Assembly: GCA_036522035.1 (NCBI GenBank)
Contig: DATDGP010000220.1
Coordinates: 19,407 to 83,406, forward strand
Length of the DNA: 64,000 nucleotides
Source of the DNA: Terriglobales bacterium
GTDB taxonomy: Bacteria > Acidobacteriota > Terriglobia > Terriglobales > Acidobacteriaceae
Direction: 5' to 3'
The notes under the pieces were generated by a model. The model searched no databases. It had not been told where the DNA came from and was given only the letters and a program-made list of their open reading frames with translations. Of the stretch, positions 1-9,993 are shown in pieces. The position numbers and the translations under genes were made by a program. How positions within the stretch are numbered: the first letter of the stretch is position 1; each line of letters begins with the position of its first letter.

Positions 1-169
1 GGGTACGGCGGCGGTTTGGAGATCAAGGAAAAGTTGCTCCGTCTGGAAGGAGTAGCGGCACAGCCCGTTCTTGCTTTCGCTGGTTGAATGCCGTAACCGC
101 CGCTGCGGCAAATTGGAACAACCGTGAAGACCACGAAGCTGCCGGATCAGAGATCTTTTCCCGCCGACA

Positions 170-760
170 TCATCGCCAATCATGGCCGCCCGGTGAGGCG
201 CTGGAGGGTGCAGGATTAGACGCGGGAGGAGCGTTGTCAGGATGTGAGGCAGGTGTTGGGCTGCCAGCCTGCGGGTTGACCGTGATGTGATTTACCACCT
301 TCGTCCCGCGAGCATAAGACTCCGCCAGCCTCCACACGGCCAACCTTTCCCGGCTGCTGGCGGCGTTTCCTGTGAGATCGATCCCCTCCCCCGAGGCGGC
401 TACAATCACGCTGCATTTCAATAGCGACGGATCTCTCCTCAGCGCTTCCTGAATCTCTAACTGTAGCTCGGTGTTGGCCGCAGGGATGACGCTCGAAGTG
501 GTGGCATCGCCAGGTAGGGGACTAAAGGAAGCGGAAGCGGAGGCAGACGTGGAGACTGTTGCGGGGTCGGTTGCCGATTTTTCAGCCTGGGTCGCGGCAT
601 CAGACTTCGGCGCGACATCCTGGGCCGCGACATCGGGTTTTGTCGCTGTGTCGGGCACCTGCGCGGCGGCAGTTGGTTTCGGCGCGCTCTCCGGCGCCTG
701 GGCCGCGAGGCCCAGCGGCATCAGCAAGATCATCAGCACTACGCTCTCGATTGTCTTCAT
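170..760 (-). CDS. Secreted BON-domain (OsmY-like) protein with Ala/Pro/Thr-rich linker
   Basis: ORF 170..820(-). The internal ATG at 760 gives a signal peptide (MKTIESVVLMILLMPLGLAAQA). The C-terminal LQLEIQEALRRDPSL...IDLTGNAASSRERLAVWRLAESYARGTKVVNHITV looks like a BON domain. Confidence 0.6.
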   Translation of the reverse strand: MKTIESVVLMILLMPLGLAAQAPESAPKPTAAAQVPDTATKPDVAAQDVAPKSDAATQAEKSATDPATVSTSASASASFSPLPGDATTSSVIPAANTELQLEIQEALRRDPSLLKCSVIVAASGEGIDLTGNAASSRERLAVWRLAESYARGTKVVNHITVNPQAGSPTPASHPDNAPPASNPAPSSASPGGHDWR

Positions 761-1011
761 GAGATCCTCGCGGGGTCTTCCCGGTGAGCTATGCTTTCCG
801 CCGTTTCCCCTCGGACGCACATTTCACGTGCTCTAAGCTTCTGGCCACCTAAGCGTCAAGCCGCCAGAACTGCGCGCCTGCTCCTCTGCTTAGATTCACG
901 AAGTTGTTTCCGCGGCACGCTAAGCGGCCAGTTTTTAGAGGCGACGGCCCTAGGAGTTCCCGGGTGCTCAGGTTGGGTAGCAACCTGCCAACGTGAACCT
1001 TCGGGTTTCCT

Positions 1012-1998
1012 ATGTCGGATGAGAGGCGGTACACTCAGAATATGCACGGCGAGCGGTCCCACGCGCATTCCCATCCCCATCACCCCCCTGCAAGCTCCCG
1101 GGCGTTGCGCTACTCGCTGCTAGCCACCTTGGTATACGTTCTGGTGACCTTGGTGGCGGGGCTCCGCGCGCACAGTCTGGCTCTGCTCTCCGAGTCCGGA
1201 CACAACGTCACGGACCTGCTAGCGCTGCTTCTCTCCTGGGTGGCGGTCTTCATCCAGGGACGTCCGCCGAGCATGACCAAGACATACGGCTACCATCGCG
1301 CCGGCGTGGTGGCAGCGTTCATTAACGCTCTAACATTGGTGGCGATTTCGTTCTACATCCTCTATGAAGCGGTACTCCGCTTGACGCACCCGGTCGAGGT
1401 TCACGCGACGGTCATGATCTGGGTGGCGGCCGCGGGGCTGCTGATGAACGGGACCATCTCCTGGTTCCTGTTTCGCGAGGCGCACGACGTGAACATTCGC
1501 AGCGCCTTCATCCATCAGCTCGGCGATACGTTCTCCACCGCCGCCGTGATTGCCGGTGGCTGGGGTATTCTGCTGACGGGGCGTCACTGGATCGACCCGG
1601 CGCTCTCCATCGGGATCGGCTGTCTGATCCTGTGGTCCTCGCTCGGCATCATCCGTGAGACCTTGAACATCCTGCTCGAAGGCGCTCCGGCAGGAATCTC
1701 TGTGCACCAGATCGTCCTCAATCTGTGCGAGTTGCCGGGCGTTGACGACGTACATGACGTCCACGTCTGGAGCATCGGCTCGGACAACCACGCCCTCTCC
1801 TGCCACGTACGCATCGCCGACATGCCTATCTCCGAGTGCGAAGAGATTCTGCGTCGGGTGACCGAACTTCTGGCCAGCCGCTTCCACATTCACCACACCA
1901 CCATCCAGTTTGAAAACGCGCTGTGCACCATCCATCCTGGTTGCGTGGTGCCCGTGGGAACCGTAGGACGGTCAGACCGCTTCGCCGATCCCAGCTAA
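1012..1998 (+). CDS. Cation diffusion facilitator (CDF) family metal efflux transporter (CzcD/ZitB-like)
   Basis: 328-aa ORF with a His-rich N-terminus (HGERSHAHSHPHHP), multiple TM segments, the CDF-typical SLALLSESGHNVTDLLALLLSW segment, and a C-terminal cytoplasmic domain. Confidence 0.85.
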   Translation: MSDERRYTQNMHGERSHAHSHPHHPPASSRALRYSLLATLVYVLVTLVAGLRAHSLALLSESGHNVTDLLALLLSWVAVFIQGRPPSMTKTYGYHRAGVVAAFINALTLVAISFYILYEAVLRLTHPVEVHATVMIWVAAAGLLMNGTISWFLFREAHDVNIRSAFIHQLGDTFSTAAVIAGGWGILLTGRHWIDPALSIGIGCLILWSSLGIIRETLNILLEGAPAGISVHQIVLNLCELPGVDDVHDVHVWSIGSDNHALSCHVRIADMPISECEEILRRVTELLASRFHIHHTTIQFENALCTIHPGCVVPVGTVGRSDRFADPS

Positions 1999-2036
1999 CC
2001 TCGAGCGACATTTTTGTTACCGACCACGCTGTACAG

Positions 2037-3770
2037 TTAGCCCGCCTTGCCGCGCTTCGATTGCTTTTCAAAAATCTCTTCAGCCGTCTTGAGCGTGTCG
2101 ATCTCCTCCGGCGGTTTGTCGGGACGCAGTCGCACAATGCGTGGAAAACGCAGCGCGAATCCGCTCGAGTGCCGGTCCGAGCGGGTCATGTTGTTGAAAG
2201 CCACTTCGAGTACGGTCCTGGGTTCGACCGTGCGCCGGAAGCCCCGGTCTTCGAGCGTGTGTTCGAGAAACCACGGAGTCATCTCCGCGATCTCGGCATC
2301 AGTCAGCCCCGAATATGCTTTGCCGATGTCCAGCAGTTGGTCGCCGTCGCGGACCGCGAACGTGTAATCGCTAAGCAGGCGCGCGCGCTTGCCATGTCCC
2401 CACTCCACGGCGGTGACCACCACGTCGAGCGTAGCCAGCTCGCGCTTGAGCTTCAGCCATGACTTGCCACGTCGTCCGGGGGAGTAGGGCGAGTCGAGGT
2501 CCTTGATCATCAGGCCCTCGTTGCCCCGATGGCGGGCGGCCAAGAAGGCTTCTTCAACCTCTGCAGCATCGGCTGCCATCCGTGACGCAGATAGCATCAC
2601 CCGCGGCAAGCCCGTTGCCGCGGACCGCACAGAGTCGAAGGTCAGCTTGCTTTGCCGAGGCGCGGCGACGCTCGCGTCCGCGATAAAGCCGCCTTCGGGC
2701 ACTGAACGAAAGACCTCCTCGATAATCTTCCGCCGGGCTTCAAGCGGCCGATCGATGATCAGCTCGCCACCCGCGTAGAGTGCGTCAAACACGATGTAGA
2801 TCACCGGAATCTCGCGGGCGAGTTCTTCCGACACGAGTTTGCGTCCCAGTCGCTGCTGAAGCGCAGAGAACGGCAACGCGTGACCGTCGTCGGCGTTCCA
2901 GGCCAGGATCTCGCCGTCCAGGATAACCGGATCAGGGAAGGCGCGGAGCGCCGGGGCAAGCTCGGGGAACGATCCGCTGATTTCATCAAGCGTCCGGGAG
3001 AAAATGCGGACGCGATCGTCCGCGTGGCCGCCGCAATGGGCTTGAGCGCGTACTCCGTCAAACTTGTCTTCGAGAGCGGCGCGAGAGAAATAGGTGAGGG
3101 CCTCTTCCGCATCGGCCACAGGGCTGGCCAGCATGAAGCCCAGTGGATGAAACAATCGCATGTGCGCGCTCGAGAGCGAGTGAGCGGCCGCGAGTTCCAG
3201 AGTCTCGGCGATGCTGCCCCGCAGCATGTTGGCTCGCTGCACGGCGGCCGGCGATTCGCCGAAAGCCTTGGCGATCGCCTCTTCGACAAGACTCTCGCGC
3301 AGGCCGATGCGCAGGTCGCCGCCGATGATCTTGATGATGTACTTAGCCTCCAAAGCGGTGGCGCGGCCGAGGAGGTCTTTGACCAAGTGCGCTTTCGGCC
3401 GAACGCCGGAAGTACGGGCTAGTTCGTCGAAGGCCGCAGCCACGTCGGCTACGCGGAGCGAGCTCTTAGGTGGAGCTTTGGCTTCGAGCAGCTCCTGAGC
3501 TGCCGATCCCAGATCGCCATACCTGCGATAGGCTGCGGTCATGGCGATCTCGCCTTTTGCCGACAGCTCGGCCACGGTGCGCCACAACAAGGTTCCGCCG
3601 ACTTGCAACGTTCGTTCTTCCCAGGCAGGGAAAGCGCGGCCGGATAGAAACACGGCAGCCTGAGGCGCTGCCACTGGGTGCAAGCGGAAGTAGTCCGCCA
3701 CCAAGCCAATTTTCTCGGTCTTTTTGGAAGTGGCGGCTGCCGCCTCACAGGTTTCAGCAAGCTGTTGCAT
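2037..3770 (-). CDS. ATP-dependent DNA ligase (Lig1/LigB-type, with N-terminal DNA-binding domain)
   Basis: 577-aa ORF. It has the adenylation motif I KxDG (LEDKFDGVRAQAH), downstream nucleotidyltransferase and OB-fold-like regions (EGLMIKDLDSPYSPGRRGKSWLKLK), and a clean ATG at 3770. Confidence 0.85.
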   Translation of the reverse strand: MQQLAETCEAAAATSKKTEKIGLVADYFRLHPVAAPQAAVFLSGRAFPAWEERTLQVGGTLLWRTVAELSAKGEIAMTAAYRRYGDLGSAAQELLEAKAPPKSSLRVADVAAAFDELARTSGVRPKAHLVKDLLGRATALEAKYIIKIIGGDLRIGLRESLVEEAIAKAFGESPAAVQRANMLRGSIAETLELAAAHSLSSAHMRLFHPLGFMLASPVADAEEALTYFSRAALEDKFDGVRAQAHCGGHADDRVRIFSRTLDEISGSFPELAPALRAFPDPVILDGEILAWNADDGHALPFSALQQRLGRKLVSEELAREIPVIYIVFDALYAGGELIIDRPLEARRKIIEEVFRSVPEGGFIADASVAAPRQSKLTFDSVRSAATGLPRVMLSASRMAADAAEVEEAFLAARHRGNEGLMIKDLDSPYSPGRRGKSWLKLKRELATLDVVVTAVEWGHGKRARLLSDYTFAVRDGDQLLDIGKAYSGLTDAEIAEMTPWFLEHTLEDRGFRRTVEPRTVLEVAFNNMTRSDRHSSGFALRFPRIVRLRPDKPPEEIDTLKTAEEIFEKQSKRGKAG

Positions 3771-3934
3771 AGTTCTGCTCGCGGTGGACTTTCACCTTAG
3801 TCCCTCAGTTCTTACTATTGTTTCCGCTTTTTTTGCCTCTAGACAGCATAAAATGTCTTTTGACAGGCCCCTGCCGCGCTGCTATAAAACACTCGAGCCG
3901 CGGGCCCGGCATTCATCATCTAATAGGAATATCC

Positions 3935-5014
3935 ATGAAGTATTGGCGTCAAATCCTGCGTTTTCTCGTGACATTGCAGCTGCTTCCCGCGCTTGAAAGC
4001 GGTGAGGAAACCACCCTGGTTGGCGGCCAGGCCGTGGTCGAGGGTGTCATGATGCGTTCTCCGCACGCCTGGGGAATTGCCATCCGCAAACCTTCCGGCG
4101 AGATCACCACCCACTCCGCTTCACTACGGCGGCCCTCGGAAAAGCACAAGTGGATGGGATGGCCCTTCATTCGCGGGCTGGTCACTCTCGGCCAAGCCAT
4201 GCGTTTGGGATTTGTCGCCTCCAGATTTTCGCTGAACGTGGGACTCGCCGGCATCGCCGAAGAAGAAGCCAAAAACGCAACGGCGAAAGCGCAGGAAGAC
4301 GCAGCCCAAACCGACCAGGCCACAACCTCATCAGTTTCCGCGGTCGCGGAGACAAAGCCGGTCAAAGCACCGGAGCTCGGCAACTGGGCGGTAATCGGCA
4401 GCATGATCTTCTCGCTTGCATTCTTCATCTTTATGTACAAGTTCATTCCTTTGGCTGCGGCCACGGGTCTTAAGCGCCATTGGTCCGTACTTGGCAACAA
4501 CTTTGCCTTCAATTTAGTGGACGGCATCATCCGCATCGCCTTGTTCCTGCTCTTTGTTTGGGGGCTTTCGCTGTTCAAGGACATCAAACGGATTTACCAC
4601 TATCATGGCGCCGAGCATAAGACGGTGTTTGCCTATGAAGATCACGGCATGACCAGTGTGAGCAACGCGCAGAAGTATTCCACCTACCATCCACGCTGCG
4701 GCACCAGCTTCTTGATGACGATCATGCTGATTTGCATATTCGTCTATGCCGCGATCCCGCTCCAGACCTTCTGGGCCAAGTTCGCCCTGCGCGTGATTTT
4801 CCTTCCAGTGATCGCTTCGGTGTCGTACGAGATCATCCGCTTCTCTGCCAGGCACGGCCGCTCGCTGTTTGCCCTGATGACCAAGCCCGGACTCTGGCTG
4901 CAGCGCATCACCACGCAGCCTCCGTCGGACGATCAGGTGGAGTGCGCCATTAAGGCCCTCGAAGAAGCCATGGAAGTCGAGAAGAAGAACGGCGGCGAAC
5001 TGGTGATTGCCTAG
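3935..5014 (+). CDS. DUF1385 domain-containing membrane protein
   Basis: ORF 3818..5014; I prefer the ATG at 3935 ([10 protein letters not shown]). The [23 protein letters not shown]-terminal block and C-terminal TM segments ([17 protein letters not shown]) are typical of DUF1385. It sits directly upstream of prfA-prmC. Confidence 0.75.
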   Translation: MKYWRQILRFLVTLQLLPALESGEETTLVGGQAVVEGVMMRSPHAWGIAIRKPSGEITTHSASLRRPSEKHKWMGWPFIRGLVTLGQAMRLGFVASRFSLNVGLAGIAEEEAKNATAKAQEDAAQTDQATTSSVSAVAETKPVKAPELGNWAVIGSMIFSLAFFIFMYKFIPLAAATGLKRHWSVLGNNFAFNLVDGIIRIALFLLFVWGLSLFKDIKRIYHYHGAEHKTVFAYEDHGMTSVSNAQKYSTYHPRCGTSFLMTIMLICIFVYAAIPLQTFWAKFALRVIFLPVIASVSYEIIRFSARHGRSLFALMTKPGLWLQRITTQPPSDDQVECAIKALEEAMEVEKKNGGELVIA

Positions 5015-5165
5015 GAAGGCAGTCAGCAACTTGCCACCCAGCATTAGCATAGCTCAAGCCGGACTCCGCTTTCCTATCTGCGTTCATCTGCGACGAAGGC
5101 TCTTTTGCTTTCGCGTGGGGACGGTTCCGGCCCCATCCAACTCCGGCTACAATGGAGTGACACGT

Positions 5166-6245
5166 ATGTTTGAGCGTTTAGACCAAATCGAGGCCAAGTA
5201 CGAGGAGTTGACCCACGCTCTGGCGTCGCCTGAAGTCATCGGCGACTCGGCTCGCTACCAGAAGACTGCCAAGGCCCACAGCGAGATTGCCCAGATTGTC
5301 GATAAGTATCGCGAATACAAAGACTTGCAGCGCGGGATCGAGGAGAGCAAGTCGATGATCGCGGAGGAGTCTGACCCCGAGCTGCGCGCCTATGCTCAGG
5401 AAGAGCTCACGCGTCTGGAAGCCCGGATCGCGACCAACGAAGTTGAGCTCAAACTGTTACTGGTCCCGAAAGACCCCAACGACGAGAAGAACGTGGTGCT
5501 CGAAATACGCGCTGGCACGGGCGGCGACGAAGCCACGCTTTTTGCGGCCGAGATTTTCCGCATGTATACGCGCTATGCCGAATCCCAGGGATGGAAGGTC
5601 GAAGTTCTCTCCACTTCAGAATCCGGGGTCGGCGGAATGAAGGAAGTGATCGCCATCATCGAAGGCCGGGGCGTGTTCTCCCGCATGAAGTATGAGAGCG
5701 GCGTGCATCGTGTGCAGCGTGTACCTAAGACCGAGCAACAGGGACGGGTGCACACGTCGGCGGTCACAGTCGCGGTGCTGCCCGAAGCCGAAGACGTGGA
5801 TGTGAAGATCGAAGCCAAGGACCTACGCATCGATACCTTTTGTTCCTCGGGGCCCGGCGGACAGTCCGTAAACACGACCTACTCCGCCGTCCGCATCACT
5901 CATTTGCCGACCAACACCGTGGTGAGCTGCCAGGATGAGAAGTCGCAGATCAAGAACCGCGAGAAAGGCATGCGCGTGCTCCGCGCCCGTCTCTACGAGA
6001 TGGAGATGGAAAAGCAGCAAACCGCGCTGGCCAAGGAACGGAAGGCCATGGTGGGGTCAGGCGATCGCAGCGAAAAGATCCGCACCTACAACTTCCCGCA
6101 GAACCGCATGACCGACCACCGCATCGGGCTGACCCTGCACCAACTCGGGGATGTGATGGACGGCAAACTCCAGTCCATCGTCGATGCCTTAATCACCCAT
6201 TACCAGGCGGAGAAACTCAAGCAGCAGGCCGACGTCATAGCGTAG
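5166..6245 (+). CDS. prfA: Peptide chain release factor 1
   Basis: The ATG at 5166 gives [15 protein letters not shown]. The GGQ motif ([12 protein letters not shown]) and the PxT-type region ([17 protein letters not shown]) are present. The ORF-track start at 5007 is an upstream in-frame extension. Confidence 0.95.
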   Translation: MFERLDQIEAKYEELTHALASPEVIGDSARYQKTAKAHSEIAQIVDKYREYKDLQRGIEESKSMIAEESDPELRAYAQEELTRLEARIATNEVELKLLLVPKDPNDEKNVVLEIRAGTGGDEATLFAAEIFRMYTRYAESQGWKVEVLSTSESGVGGMKEVIAIIEGRGVFSRMKYESGVHRVQRVPKTEQQGRVHTSAVTVAVLPEAEDVDVKIEAKDLRIDTFCSSGPGGQSVNTTYSAVRITHLPTNTVVSCQDEKSQIKNREKGMRVLRARLYEMEMEKQQTALAKERKAMVGSGDRSEKIRTYNFPQNRMTDHRIGLTLHQLGDVMDGKLQSIVDALITHYQAEKLKQQADVIA

Positions 6246-6345
6246 GTGGCTCGCCGGCCCTCCATCTGGGACGACTCTACTTAAGGCCCACCGGGCTGCA
6301 GTCCTCCGCTGATCCTGATAGACTTCCCCGAACCCCGGGGCGCAT

Positions 6346-7200
6346 ATGCAACTCAAGTCCGCCGTCGACGCGGCTTACGAACTCCTCGTTGCCAACGACG
6401 TTCCCTCGCCCCGGCTCAACGCCGAGCTTCTGATGATGTTTATACTGGGACGCGAGCGCGCCTATCTCTACGCACATCCCGAGCGCGAGCTGAGCGCCGA
6501 ACAGCAGTACCGCTATGACCAGGTGATCAGCGAGCGCGCGCAGGGATGCCCGACGCAATACATCACCGGACACCAGGAATTCTGGGGGCTTGACTTGCTG
6601 GTCTCGCCTGCTGTTCTGATCCCCCGCCCCGAGACCGAGCACGTGGTCGAAACCGTGCTCGACCTGCTGAAGGAGTACCCCTTGGATCCCGCCGGAAGAC
6701 TACGGCTCGTCGATGTCGGCACCGGCTCGGGTTGCATTGCCTTGGCTCTGGCGAGTGAACTGCAGCGAGCCGAGGTCCATGCGACGGATATTTCTCCCGA
6801 AGCCCTGGAGATTGCCACCGTCAATGCCGCGCGCTTTGCCATGGACTCCCGGATCCGTTTCCGGAAGTCCGACCTGCTCGCAGCGTACCCCAAGGACATC
6901 TTCGATTTTGTGGTCTCCAATCCTCCCTACGTTGGCGAGCTCGAAGCCGACAAAGTGCAGCGTCAAGTCCGGGAGTATGAACCGCGAATTGCTGTCTTCT
7001 CCGGCGAACGTGGCCTCGATGTCTACGCCCGCCTGATTCCACAAGCGCAAGCCGCTCTTAAGTCCAGAGGCTGGTTTGTGACCGAGATCGGGTTCTCGGC
7101 GGAGGACAGCGTGAAAGAACTTCTGGCCGGATGGGAAGATGTGCGTGTCACTCCTGACTTGCAAGGCATACCGAGAGTAGTAGCGGCGCGACGCCCATGA
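6346..7200 (+). CDS. prmC: Release factor glutamine N5-methyltransferase PrmC/HemK
   Basis: 284 aa with a SAM-binding VDVGTGSGCIALAL motif and the catalytic NPPY motif (VVSNPPYV). It lies immediately downstream of prfA. Confidence 0.9.
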   Translation: MQLKSAVDAAYELLVANDVPSPRLNAELLMMFILGRERAYLYAHPERELSAEQQYRYDQVISERAQGCPTQYITGHQEFWGLDLLVSPAVLIPRPETEHVVETVLDLLKEYPLDPAGRLRLVDVGTGSGCIALALASELQRAEVHATDISPEALEIATVNAARFAMDSRIRFRKSDLLAAYPKDIFDFVVSNPPYVGELEADKVQRQVREYEPRIAVFSGERGLDVYARLIPQAQAALKSRGWFVTEIGFSAEDSVKELLAGWEDVRVTPDLQGIPRVVAARRP

Positions 7201-7365
7201 CTCGGTACTGATCTAAAGATCAGCACCCATGACTCTCGACGATCCCGTTCCTTGCAATCATTTGTTACACTGATGGGTTTTCAAAATTCCCTCTACCCCG
7301 CCAGTCCGCTTCTCAAGGGTCAGGGATCGTTGGAACGCGACCGTTGAATACCTTGGAGGTGCGGT

Positions 7366-8127
7366 TTGGCTGATAGCAGCAGAAGCTCGGCACTCGGAAG
7401 TGGATTGGGCAGTACGCTGCGGCGTGATGCGTGGTGGGTGGAAGCCATTCCAGTGATCACGATCCTCGGCGGCTTCGGAGTCTACGCTACGTTGCGCGCC
7501 TTTGAAGGCAAGTTTTACGAATGGGGCCCTTACCTCTCTCCGTTTTATTCCCCGCTAATTGACCCCGATCATCATTGGTGGCCGCTTTCGCCGGCGCTGC
7601 TCATCCTGGCGTTTCCTCTCGGCTTCCGCCTGACCTGCTATTACTACCGCAAGGCCTATTATCGTGCTTTCTTCTTTGATCCCCCGGCCTGCGCGGTGGG
7701 CGAGCCGACGCATCGCAACTATCGCGGTGAAACCAAGTTCCCCTTCGTATTGCAAAATCTCCATCGCTATTTATTTCTGGGCGCGGTGATTTTCCTCTGT
7801 TTCCTTTGGTATGACGCCATACACGCTTTCTGGTACGAAGGTCGGCTTTACATCGGTCTGGGATCGCTCGTGATGCTGATCAACGTCGTATTGTTGAGCG
7901 TCTATGCGTTTTCCTGCCATTCCTGGCGGCATCTGATTGGCGGAAAGCTGGACTGTTTCTCCTGCACGGCCTTCAACCGCACGCGCCACGGACTGTGGAA
8001 AAAGACCAGCTTTCTCAACGAACATCACATGCTGTTTGCCTGGGTGAGTCTGTTCTCGGTGGGGCTGACCGACTTTTACATCCGCCTAGTGGCTAGCGGC
8101 GCAATCAAGGACCTGAGAATTCTGTGA
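7366..8127 (+). CDS. sdhC: Succinate dehydrogenase/fumarate reductase cytochrome b subunit
   Basis: 253-aa polytopic membrane protein with conserved His residues. It has a TTG start, and its stop overlaps the GTG start of sdhA (GTGA at 8124-8127). Confidence 0.7.
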   Translation: MADSSRSSALGSGLGSTLRRDAWWVEAIPVITILGGFGVYATLRAFEGKFYEWGPYLSPFYSPLIDPDHHWWPLSPALLILAFPLGFRLTCYYYRKAYYRAFFFDPPACAVGEPTHRNYRGETKFPFVLQNLHRYLFLGAVIFLCFLWYDAIHAFWYEGRLYIGLGSLVMLINVVLLSVYAFSCHSWRHLIGGKLDCFSCTAFNRTRHGLWKKTSFLNEHHMLFAWVSLFSVGLTDFYIRLVASGAIKDLRIL

Positions 8128-9854
8128 CTGATCTGACCAAGTACGAAACTCACGAACACGACGTGCTGATCATCGGCGCCGGAGGCGCGGGATTGCGCGC
8201 GGCCATTGAGTCGCTGGGCCAAGGCGCTCGAGTCGGCGTTGTATCCAAGTCTCTGTTGGGCAAAGCACACACGGTGATGGCTGAAGGAGGCATCGCTGCG
8301 GCCATGGCCAACGTGGACAAGGCCGACACCTGGAAGACGCACTTCCGCGACACTATGCGCGGCGGCAAACTCCTAAACAACTGGCGCATGGCCCAGCTGC
8401 ATGCTCAGGAATCACCCGACCGCGTACGTGAGCTCGAACAATGGGGTGCGCTCTTTGACCGCACTCCCACAGGCGACATCCTCCAGCGGGCGTTCGGGGG
8501 CCATAGCTTCAAGCGCCTCTGCCACGTCGGCGATCGGACGGGGCTCGAGATGATCCGCACGTTGCAGGACCGCGGCGTGCAGATGGGCTTTGACGTCTAC
8601 ATGGAGTGCACCGTCATCCGCCTGCTCCGGGACGGCAACCGCGTCGTCGGCGCTTTCGGTTACTGGCGCGAGCAAGGCCGCTTCGTTCTGCTGAAAGCCA
8701 AGGCCGTGGTTATCGCGACGGGCGGCATCGGCAAGGCCTGGCCCATTACTTCCAACTCATGGGAGTGCACGGGTGACGGCATGGCCCTGGCTTACGAAGC
8801 CGGCGCCGATCTACTGGATATGGAGTTCGTACAGTTTCATCCCACGGGGATGGTGTGGCCGCCGGGTGTGCAGGGTCTTCTCGTGACGGAAGCCGTGCGC
8901 GGCGAAGGTGGCATTCTGCGCAACAAGCTCGGCGAGCGTTTCATGGAGAAATACGATCCTAAGCGCATGGAGCTGTCCACCCGCGACTTGGTATCGCGGT
9001 CGATCTACACGGAAGTCAAGGAAGGCCGCGGCACCGAACACGGCGGCGCGTTTCTCGACATCTCCTACAAACCGGCGGAGTATGTCAAGAAAAAACTCCC
9101 CAGCATGTATCACCAGTTCAAGGAGCTAGCGGACGTGGACATCACCAAGGGTCCCATGGAGGTCGGTCCCACCTGTCATTACATGATGGGCGGAATCAAG
9201 GTTGACGCGGAAACGGCGGCGTCGTCGCTGCCTGGGCTCTTTGCTGCTGGAGAAGCTGCCGCCGGGTTGCATGGAGCAAACCGTCTGGGTGGAAACTCGC
9301 TTTCCGACCTGGTAGTTTTTGGCCGTCGCGCCGGGCTGGCAGCCGCAGCCTTTGCTGCCAAGGCCGCCCCTACGGCGATCGACCCGGCGCAGGTCGCCGA
9401 TGCCGAGCGCGCGATGCTAGCGCCGTTCGATCGCGGCGAGGGCGAGAATCCGTACACTGTCCATCGCGACCTGCAAAAAATCATGCAGAACCTGGTGGGC
9501 ATCTTCCGCACCGCGGAAGACCTGGGCGCAGCGCTGGTCGAGCTTGAAAAGTTGAAGCAGCGGGCGGCGAAGGTCCGCGTCGAGGGCTCGCGGCTGTTCA
9601 ATCCGGGATGGCATCTATCGCGCGATCTCCAGTGCATGCTGACGGTCTCGGAAGCCGTGGCCCTCAGCGCCGAAGCGCGCAAGGAGAGCCGTGGAGCGCA
9701 CAGCAGGATTGACTATCCCAACCTCGATGATCAGGTTTGGGGGAAACAAAACAACGTGATCTCGCGCGGCGCCGATGCCCGTATGAACTTGCGCCAGATT
9801 CCGGTAAAGGAAATGCCGCAGCCGCTGAAAGACATTGTTACCGAGGACAAATAG
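8124..9854 (+). CDS. sdhA: Succinate dehydrogenase/fumarate reductase flavoprotein subunit
   Basis: 576 aa with an FAD-binding fold (DVLIIGAGGAGLRAA), HPTG, and a CHYMMGG-type block. Confidence 0.95.
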   Translation: MTDLTKYETHEHDVLIIGAGGAGLRAAIESLGQGARVGVVSKSLLGKAHTVMAEGGIAAAMANVDKADTWKTHFRDTMRGGKLLNNWRMAQLHAQESPDRVRELEQWGALFDRTPTGDILQRAFGGHSFKRLCHVGDRTGLEMIRTLQDRGVQMGFDVYMECTVIRLLRDGNRVVGAFGYWREQGRFVLLKAKAVVIATGGIGKAWPITSNSWECTGDGMALAYEAGADLLDMEFVQFHPTGMVWPPGVQGLLVTEAVRGEGGILRNKLGERFMEKYDPKRMELSTRDLVSRSIYTEVKEGRGTEHGGAFLDISYKPAEYVKKKLPSMYHQFKELADVDITKGPMEVGPTCHYMMGGIKVDAETAASSLPGLFAAGEAAAGLHGANRLGGNSLSDLVVFGRRAGLAAAAFAAKAAPTAIDPAQVADAERAMLAPFDRGEGENPYTVHRDLQKIMQNLVGIFRTAEDLGAALVELEKLKQRAAKVRVEGSRLFNPGWHLSRDLQCMLTVSEAVALSAEARKESRGAHSRIDYPNLDDQVWGKQNNVISRGADARMNLRQIPVKEMPQPLKDIVTEDK

Positions 9855-9901
9855 CAGTAGGGCATGTTGGGAGATTGACAATTGCTAGCTAAGAATAGAG
9901 G

Positions 9902-9965
9902 GCATTGGTAATAAGCACGGGCTAAAGCCAGCCTTCGGGCTTTAGCTGGACTAATTGCCAATTGC
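9902..9965. repeat. Structured AT-rich intergenic repeat element (copy 1) between sdhA and sdhB
   Basis: The outer arms GCATTGGTAAT (9902-9912) and ATTGCCAATTGC (9954-9965) pair over 11 bp with one bulge. They enclose a perfect 9-bp hairpin, GCTAAAGCC (9921-9929) / GGCTTTAGC (9938-9946). The element shares the exact 13-mer AATTGCCAATTGC (9953-9965) with 61433-61445. Confidence 0.6.
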
Positions 9966-9993
9966 GAGTCGCTATTTCGCTCAGGGAGGCCCC

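Noticed and set aside
1-87. Open frame running in from the left edge (...GYGGGLEIKEKLLRLEGVAAQPVLAFAG, stop at 85-87)
   Set aside because: It is plausibly the 3' end of a gene, but 28 codons with no recognisable motif are insufficient to call a feature.
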